A DNA stretch of 5,128 nt from a virus (Duplodnaviria; Heunggongvirae; Uroviricota; Caudoviricetes), in the IMG/VR virus record IMGVR_UViG_2728369553_000006. One strand, given 5' to 3'. Every line of letters starts with the position of its first letter. The first letter of the stretch is position 1. Shown one piece after another: positions 1 to 5,128 of this stretch. The position numbers and the translations under genes are program-made. The notes beneath the pieces were generated by a model that saw only the letters and a list, made by a program, of their open reading frames with translations, searched no databases and was not told where the DNA came from.

Positions 1-214
1 GTTTGCTGCGCTGAAGCAGCCACAGTCGGGAGCCGTAACGGTCATTCTGTACCGCAGGCCAGGTATCCCCCCACCATCCCATCGGGACGTCGGCATTGTC
101 ATCAGGTTCAGCCCGCCGCCAGGTGAACAGGGAAATCACCACGGCACGGGTCAGCGGATCCATCGGTGCGCTGGCACAGGTGCGTTTACCGTTCACCGTC
201 AGCCACAGTTCCAT
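1..214 (-). CDS. Partial (5' portion only) baseplate protein, Mu gp46-like; gene continues past the left edge of the window
   Basis: Hand translation of the minus strand from ATG at 214-212 gives MELWLTVNGKRTCASAPMDPLTRAVVISLFTWRRAEPDDNADVPMGWWGDTWPAVQNDRYGSRLWLLQRSK..., open to position 1. The start overlaps the stop of the upstream gene in an ATGA arrangement (212-216). Its position directly downstream of the V-type spike gene matches Mu gene order. It is absent from the ORF track, presumably because it has no stop within the window. Family assignment is by synteny and general resemblance only. Confidence 0.5.
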   Translation of the reverse strand, partial: MELWLTVNGKRTCASAPMDPLTRAVVISLFTWRRAEPDDNADVPMGWWGDTWPAVQNDRYGSRLWLLQRSK

Positions 215-762
215 CATGCCTCCATCGCTTTATCAGGTTTGTCGGTGTTACTGCCCTGACCGTTCTCTCTGTGACGATGCCCGTTATAGGCAAGCCGCAT
301 CGCTGACATGGTGGTGCCGCTGGAGTCGCACAGGTCTTTCACCTGTCCGGTCACTTCCAGGTCCATTTCAAAACGAGCCTTAGGCGCATTGCGAAACGTG
401 ATCGTTTTACCTGCACCATCCACCACGATCCCCGCCCGGGTCAGCGTCACGGACTGCCCCTGATCGTCATAGACAGCCACCTCACCCGTCTGCAGCCCTT
501 TCAGGCGGTAGCGTCGGTCCGACACCGTAACAACCACCGCATGAGAACGGTCACCATCCGGAAACAACACCACCGCTTCCGCACCGCTGTTTGCCCTTGC
601 GGTAAAACCGTAGGGTTCAAGATGTTCAACCCCGGCTTTGGGTTCACCGGCAATCAGGGACACATCCACGGTCTGACATTTCGTGGCGGCACTGATGCTT
701 TTCACCACCGCCCGCCCAATCAGGCCGAGGAGTTGTCGCTGTATGGTTTCAATCGCCTTCAT
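214..762 (-). CDS. Phage baseplate assembly/spike protein, gpV-like (Mu gp45-type)
   Basis: 182-aa ORF from the track with a Gly/Val-rich beta-type sequence (…VVVTVSDRRYRLKGLQTGEVAVYDDQGQSVTLTRAGIVVDGAGKTITF…) typical of gpV-type spike proteins. It is coupled at both ends by ATGA overlaps (760-764 and 212-216) and lies between the hub and gp46-like genes as in Mu. Confidence 0.7.
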   Translation of the reverse strand: MKAIETIQRQLLGLIGRAVVKSISAATKCQTVDVSLIAGEPKAGVEHLEPYGFTARANSGAEAVVLFPDGDRSHAVVVTVSDRRYRLKGLQTGEVAVYDDQGQSVTLTRAGIVVDGAGKTITFRNAPKARFEMDLEVTGQVKDLCDSSGTTMSAMRLAYNGHRHRENGQGSNTDKPDKAMEA

Positions 763-1909
763 CAGAACGGGTCCTCCTGTACTCTGGTTTTTTTCTTTTT
801 CCGCGCGCCGGGGGCTTCGGGTTCAGGCAGATAAGCATCAGGTGGGCCGACACGGATTTCCGTCAGGGTGCCATTCTGGTCCTGAGTAAACGTGACTTCC
901 GAGACAAGCAGTTCGGTATTGTCGAAACCACAGACCGGATCGAAGACAATCACCCGCTGGTTGGGCTGCCACAGCGTACCGTTACCCTGTCGCCAGCCCT
1001 GCACCACATAGGTGGTTTCATCCGTCCGCGCCGCCCGTTGNNNNNNNNNNNNNNNNNNNNNNNNNNNNNNNNNNNNNNNNNNNNNNNNNNNNNNNNNNNN
1101 NNNNNNNNNNNNNNNNNNNNNNNNNNGCCTGCCCCCGTAGCCTGCCCTGTCTGCCTGATATACATCGGACGGTAACGGGCAATAAATGCATCCTCTGTGC
1201 GGGCCCGCAGCGCGGTGGTGGTGGCCTCACCGAAATCATCGTCGTTTCCGGCACGCTGCCCCGCCACCTGGTAAACTGAAAACCGCTCCCGGATACTCTT
1301 CTCCGTATCACAGGAAAGGATGTTTTCCCCAAGTACCAGCGCGGTATGTGCCCGCGTTGAGCCAATACCACCAATCACCAGCCTGCCGTGCGGGTCGTCA
1401 TAAGCCAGCGCCTGCTGCTGACCGAGTATTTTGTTGATCACCTCGATCACCGTTTCACCGTGATCAGGCTGGACATCCGGAATAACACCCGACGGCGCAT
1501 CGCTGTTCACCACCTCAATGCCGAAAGGCGCAGCAAGCGCCTGCGCAATCTGTACCAGCGATCGTCCGTTAAACTGTGTCGGTTCGGCTGCACAGTCAAT
1601 CAGGTCAGCAGTCAGACTACGTCCGGCAATACCGGTGCTGACCGAACGGGCATCGTAACGAACGGGGGTCGCCTCCACCCAGCCGGTGATCACCAGCTCA
1701 TCACCAATCAGCACTTCCACTTTTGAACCATTTTTAATGCGCGGCTGAAGCGTGGTGATACCCTCATCTCCCGGCCACTGGCGGGTGATCTCCACGCTGA
1801 AATCCNNNNNNNNNNNNNNNNNNNNNNNNNNNNNNNNNNNNNNNNNNNNNNNNNNNNNNNNNNNNNNNNNNNNNNNNNNNNNNNNNNNNNNNNNNNNNNN
1901 NNNNNNCAT
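762..1909 (-). CDS. Baseplate hub protein (Mu gp44 / P2 gpD 'late control D' family), interrupted by two N gaps; exact sequence and length uncertain
   Basis: ATG at 1909-1907 followed by an N run, then a long protein-like reading (DFSVEITRQWPGDEGITTLQPRIKNGSKVEVLIGDELVITGWVEA…RYRPMYIRQTGQATGAG) down to the second N run. After 1041-1126 the protein-like frame is the one of track ORF 762..1007 (…VIVFDPVCGFDNTELLVSEVTFTQDQNGTLTEIRVGPPDAYLPEPEAPGARKKKKTRVQEDPF), ending with a stop at 762-764. Total span of about 1.15 kb (~380 aa) is in the range I recall for Mu gp44. Confidence 0.6.
1041..1126. other. Run of 86 N (assembly gap or masked sequence) inside the hub gene
   Basis: Literal n characters in the sequence. 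The protein-like reading frame differs on the two sides, so the N length is not the true length modulo 3. Confidence 0.95.
1806..1906. other. Run of 101 N (assembly gap or masked sequence) covering the N-terminal ~34 codons of the hub gene
   Basis: Literal n characters. The hub frame continues in phase across it, so its length may be approximately correct. Confidence 0.95.
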
Positions 1910-3234
1910 TGCACTGGCACCTTCAGAGGGATTACCGGCACAAAGCCGGGATGCGTAATGGCATTACGCCGGATAATGTCCGCGTCACGCGCCGCGTTAT
2001 CAAACCAGGTCGCCGCCAGCACCAGCGCGGGTAAAACCTCATCCGGCGTGCGCTGAATGATCCGAGCAGACTGTTCAAGGCGCGTGTTGATATCCGCATT
2101 CAGATCTGCTTTCACCCGGCGCAGAGCCAGAAACAGCGCATCACTGGTTGTACGGGACAACTCCTTATCAATTGCCGTATTCAGTGTGTCGCGAATGTCG
2201 GTCAGTTCTTCCCACGTTGGCAGGTCAACCGTGTTTTTCACCGCCGGTGCATTGTTCAGCACCGGATGCGTGACGGCAGGCCAGCCGGAGCTCTGCGCGG
2301 GTGTTGTTGACTGCCCCACTGCGGCATTCTGCATCACCGCAGAAGTTGTTGGCGCAGGCAATCGGGTAACGGCATACGCCGCTTCGCTGATTGCAGTCGT
2401 ACGAAGGGTGCTGGCAACCATGTTACGCTGCTGCGTCGCTGTGGCGGTGGTTTTACTGTCCGTTTTCCAGACGCCGCGCGGTTGCAAATCGCTGCCGAGG
2501 CTGACACCAGAAAGCGTTTTGATCATGGTGACCAGGTCGCTGGCGTTACCATAAAGGCGTTTCCCGGTACGCCACATTTTCTGCACCTGCTCAACGAAAT
2601 TTTTGCCTGACGATGGCGGCGGCAGAAGTACCGAGATATCCCCCTGCAACAGCCTGGCGGCATCCGATACGGCAGAATCCACCACTTTCATCGCATCAGA
2701 AACATACCCCAGCATTATGCTGGCATTACCGATAACGTCGTTCTGCACGAAATCCGCCACACCATCGATACTGAAACCGCTGAAGCTGTCACTGATGCAG
2801 TCATCCAGTGCAGAACAGGATGACATCAGCGTCTGCGCCGTCGCCGCACCTGATGTGGGGTAAGAGAGTTCTCCTGCTTCGACAAACTTCAGGTCAAAGC
2901 GGACAATACGCCCTTCACTTTTCGATGTGCTGACCCGAACTTCCCCGTCAACACAGACTTTCAGCTCACCATATGTCGGGTGGACAAGCGTGCCGGGACC
3001 TGGTTTATTCAGCGCTTCAATCAGGCGATCGCGCTGGTCAAAGCAGTCATCTCCCACCACATAAGCCGTGATGGACGGGCGAAAAGTGATTTTCCCCAGG
3101 TCTTCGGTATAGGGTTTGTCGCGGTTCGGGTATTCATGTGTTTCCACACGGCGACCGGTTCCCGCACTTTCTTCTTCAACCTTAAACGGCACGCCGCGAA
3201 ATGACGCGTCCTGAAGCCTGTCTTTCCACGTCAT
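1906..3234 (-). CDS. DNA circularization protein N homolog (Mu gp43-like), ~442 aa
   Basis: N-terminus MTWKDRLQDASFRGVPFKVEEESAGTGRRVETHEYPNRDKPYTEDLG… matches what I recall of the conserved N-terminal domain of Mu protein N. Good SD (GGAG at 3240-3243, 5-nt spacer) before ATG 3234-3232. It is directly followed by the hub gene as in Mu. The in-frame codon at 1908-1906 is T-G-N (third base masked) and overlaps the hub ATG at 1909-1907, which I infer is a TGA stop in an ATGA coupling. The track's extension to 1708 reads through the N run and gives an implausible tail, so I end the gene at 1906. Confidence 0.7.
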
Positions 3235-3239
3235 ATATA

Positions 3240-3243
3240 CTCC
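3240..3243 (-). promoter_or_regulatory. Shine-Dalgarno sequence (GGAG) for the N-homolog gene
   Basis: Minus strand reads …ttttCGGAGtatatATG; GGAG lies 5 nt before the start codon. Confidence 0.55.
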
Positions 3244-3244
3244 G

Positions 3245-3276
3245 AAAATTAAAAAGCCACCTATTAGAAGGTGGCC
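3245..3276 (-). terminator. Rho-independent terminator downstream of the 176-aa moron ORF
   Basis: Plus strand 3256-3262 gccacct and 3269-3275 aggtggc form a 7-bp GC-rich stem with a 6-nt loop. On the minus strand the stem is followed immediately by TTTTTAATTTT (plus 3245-3255). It sits ~20 nt after the moron stop (3296-3298) and ends right at the RBS of the N gene. Confidence 0.6.
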
Positions 3277-3295
3277 TTGTAATGAATTTTATTAA

Positions 3296-3826
3296 TTAGC
3301 GAGTCAGAAACAACGAATCTTTATACTTTTGCTGTTGTTCATTTAAATACTTAGCTGTTTCATCGCTGGCAAATGGAAATATTACCGTATTTTTAGGCAT
3401 GGTAATTTCTTTTTTGTCCAGCGTCAGAGTAAACATAGGAACATACTGAGCAGAGTAACGCACCGCAGAAACGAGCTCTAGTTTAGACTCTTCAATAACA
3501 CTTAAATTATCCAGGCTAACTTTCTCTTCATCTTTTTTCTTTGACGCATTTAAAGTTTTTATTACTTTATTTAATTTCTCCTGAAAATCCTCCTTAAAGT
3601 TTTCAGGATTGCCGTCGACAACAAGAATCTGTTCACCCTGATTATCTGGAAAAATAATCTTTGCACTTATCAATTTATTTTCTTTATAAACATCACCAAG
3701 TTTTATGGCTCCTCCAGATAACTGAATAATATGTTCATCTTTAAAGGAGATGTTGCCAGAGATTATGAGAGATGAAAAAATAGCCGCTGCTCCAAGAATT
3801 ACACTTGCTGTGATATAGCCTTTCAT
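3296..3826 (-). CDS. Hypothetical protein, 176 aa, with N-terminal hydrophobic signal/anchor segment; AT-rich moron (cargo) gene of unknown function
   Basis: Intact ORF (ATG 3826-3824, TAA 3296-3298) with no competing ORF on either strand. N-terminus MKGYITASVILGAAAIFSSLIISGNISFK has a ~19-residue hydrophobic stretch; the rest is Lys/Glu/Asp/Asn-rich. Weak SD (AGGCG) upstream. Hand counts on sample lines give ~25-35% G+C here versus ~60%+ in the flanking tail genes. It has its own promoter-like sequence and terminator. I do not recognise the family. Confidence 0.7.
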   Translation of the reverse strand: MKGYITASVILGAAAIFSSLIISGNISFKDEHIIQLSGGAIKLGDVYKENKLISAKIIFPDNQGEQILVVDGNPENFKEDFQEKLNKVIKTLNASKKKDEEKVSLDNLSVIEESKLELVSAVRYSAQYVPMFTLTLDKKEITMPKNTVIFPFASDETAKYLNEQQQKYKDSLFLTR

Positions 3827-3861
3827 TTTTCGCCTATTAACATTTTTCTAAATGTGCATTA

Positions 3862-3889
3862 ATTCTATCACTCTATTTATGACTTACAA
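3862..3889 (-). promoter_or_regulatory. Candidate sigma70-type promoter for the moron ORF
   Basis: Minus strand reads TTGTAA (plus 3884-3889), a 16-nt spacer, then TAGAAT (plus 3862-3867), about 35 nt upstream of the ATG at 3826, within the AT-rich intergenic region after the tape-measure stop. Found by eye; -35 match is weak (4/6), -10 is 5/6. Confidence 0.3.
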
Positions 3890-3917
3890 CCAGCAATACC
3901 TGTGAGGGGAATCCTGG

Positions 3918-5128
3918 CTACCAAAATCGGGTATAGCCAACATCGTGATTTATATCAATGCCACTGGAGCGTGTTTCCGTAACCCGCATACCTGGTGGCA
4001 TATTTATAAATGATACCTTGATCTCACCATCAACTTTTGGCGCGGTAGCTTTATTAATCATGAAGGGATTCGGACCTGTGGCACCGGAGGCGTTGTTTGC
4101 CTGAGCCGGATCCACCTCCGGATAAGGAGTGTATCCCCGTGGCGGTATTCCCGTCCCATAAGCATCATAAGCACCCGCGCCCCACTGCGCCGAGTTAATG
4201 GCATCGACCGTGTCACCGGAACTGTCGGTAAACCATTCAATAATCGGCTTCAGCTTATCCCACATATCCTGAAACCACTTAACAACCGGTCCCCAGTTAT
4301 TGATCACCATCCCCAGCGGCGACCAGGCAAAAACCTTCTTCAGAAGTTCCCAGCCAGCCTCAAAATAAGGACTAATGGTTTCCCAGAGCTTCTTAAAATA
4401 AGGTCCGACAACATCCCAGTTAGTGATAATTAATCCCGCAGCCAGGGCAATCGCCGTCGCAATCATGCCAATCGGCGTCATCGACATGATCCTGCTGACG
4501 ATACTGATGGCACTGCCCACGCCCATCAATCCCAGTTTCAGAATCGCAAGACCGGCAGCAAGCCCGACGACGCCGCGAATAACCCGGGGATTTTCATCCG
4601 CAAACTTCGTGAATTTTTCCCCTAACTCCCCCAGCCATTGCGTGATATTTTTGACGTCACCAGAAAATGCGCCGCCAATAGCCGCAAGGCCGTTAGTTGC
4701 GGTCCCCGTCATTGCCTCCCACAGGTTGGACAGCGTACCAAGCTGGGCCTGAACACGTTTATTCAGGCTGGCCTGTTTATTCATCTTCTGCTGGATCTGA
4801 TCGTAACCATCCTTTCCTTTATCGATCAGAGCATTGACCACCTGAAGGGTTTCGGCATCATCACCAAATATTGCCTTAAGTACACCGGTTCGCTTAACGT
4901 CGGTCAGTTTTCGCAGCTTTGCCAGTTGCCTGAACATGTTATCAAGACCGCCAAAACTCCCTTTGCCGTCAGTAAAATCGAGCTGTACCCCGAGTTTCTG
5001 GCGGGCCATAACTTTATTAACGTCCCTGATTTTCTTAACGCTTAATCCGGACTGGATAACTTTTCGCAGGGCATTACCTGCCGACTCCCCGTTCATCCCC
5101 ATCTGATCCATCATGACGCTGATGGGGG
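3918..5128 (-). CDS. Tail tape measure protein, C-terminal ~400 aa (5' end of gene lies beyond the right edge of the window)
   Basis: Frame is open from the window edge (…PISVMMDQMG…) to TAG at 3918-3920. It contains a long Gly/Ala/Ile-rich hydrophobic segment (RVIRGVVGLAAGLAILKLGLMGVGSAISIVSRIMSMTPIGMIATAIALAAGLIITNW), followed by Trp residues at ~11-residue spacing (W233, W244, W255, W264, W274…), and an N-proximal charged, helix-like region. It lies upstream of the N-homolog gene as the tape measure does in Mu. Confidence 0.75.
   Translation of the reverse strand, partial: PISVMMDQMGMNGESAGNALRKVIQSGLSVKKIRDVNKVMARQKLGVQLDFTDGKGSFGGLDNMFRQLAKLRKLTDVKRTGVLKAIFGDDAETLQVVNALIDKGKDGYDQIQQKMNKQASLNKRVQAQLGTLSNLWEAMTGTATNGLAAIGGAFSGDVKNITQWLGELGEKFTKFADENPRVIRGVVGLAAGLAILKLGLMGVGSAISIVSRIMSMTPIGMIATAIALAAGLIITNWDVVGPYFKKLWETISPYFEAGWELLKKVFAWSPLGMVINNWGPVVKWFQDMWDKLKPIIEWFTDSSGDTVDAINSAQWGAGAYDAYGTGIPPRGYTPYPEVDPAQANNASGATGPNPFMINKATAPKVDGEIKVSFINMPPGMRVTETRSSGIDINHDVGYTRFW

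Noticed and set aside
96-889. Plus-strand ORFs 96..383, 541..834 and 683..889
   Set aside because: They lie antisense to the coupled minus-strand baseplate genes, and their translations are Arg/Cys/Trp-rich, typical of spurious frames in GC-rich coding DNA. No start signals seen.
950-1374. Track ORF 1018..1374 (-) and the post-gap tail of 950..1909 (-) reading NGRRGRMKPPMWCRAGDRV…
   Set aside because: Both arise from translating through or adjacent to the 1041-1126 N run in the wrong frame. The plausible hub frame after the gap is that of ORF 762..1007.
1708-1805. C-terminal extension of track ORF 1708..3234 beyond the N run (…ISAWRSPASGREMRVSPRFSRALKMVQKWKC)
   Set aside because: The implausible sequence overlaps the protein-like hub frame. 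The N-homolog gene most likely stops at the masked codon 1908-1906.
1186-3204. Plus-strand ORFs 1186..1437, 1388..1726, 1752..1958, 2057..2554, 2603..2863 and 2980..3204
   Set aside because: All are antisense to the hub and N-homolog genes; 1752..1958 is mostly X from the N run. Their composition looks like non-coding frame artefacts.
3296-3826. Lipoprotein interpretation of the moron product
   Set aside because: No cysteine anywhere near the end of the hydrophobic segment, so no lipobox. A signal anchor or an atypical signal peptide is more likely.
3260-3839. 7-nt direct repeat cctatta at 3260-3266 and 3833-3839 near both edges of the AT-rich insertion, considered as a possible target-site duplication or att core
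   Set aside because: Too short to be significant in AT-rich DNA, and the left copy is part of the terminator stem. No integrase, transposase or inverted repeats seen in the window.
4058-4240. Minus-strand 60-aa ORF nested in the tape-measure gene
   Set aside because: Out of frame inside a much longer, well-supported ORF; Arg-rich junk translation.
4423-5045. Plus-strand ORFs 4423..4752 and 4638..5045
   Set aside because: Antisense to the tape-measure gene. The hydrophobic character of 4423..4752 mirrors the complement of the Gly/Ala-rich TMP segment rather than indicating a real membrane protein.
1-5128. CRISPR arrays, tRNA/rRNA genes, integrase or transposase
   Set aside because: No spaced direct repeats, no cloverleaf-like or rRNA-like sequence, and no recombinase-like ORF seen on either strand in this window.

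Overview
The whole window reads as the minus-strand late (tail/baseplate) module of a Mu-like (transposable-phage-type) prophage in a GC-rich background. In transcription order (right to left): the 3' part of a tail tape-measure gene (3918-5128, running off the right edge); an AT-rich ~0.68 kb insertion (3241-3917) carrying one 176-aa ORF with a candidate promoter and a clear intrinsic terminator; a DNA-circularization protein N homolog (1906-3234); a baseplate hub gene (762-1909, broken by two runs of N); a baseplate spike/V-type gene (214-762); and the start of a gp46-like baseplate gene (1-214, running off the left edge). All credible genes are on the minus strand, and the plus-strand ORFs in the track are antisense artefacts. 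The most interesting element is the compositionally foreign single-gene 'moron' between tape measure and N. It encodes a predicted membrane-anchored, Lys/Glu-rich protein that I cannot place in any family from memory. Its function is unknown; superinfection exclusion, defence or lysogenic conversion are hypotheses only. The two N runs (1041-1126, 1806-1906) are assembly or masking gaps that hide the N/hub junction and break the hub reading frame. All family assignments are from reading the translations, not from database searches.
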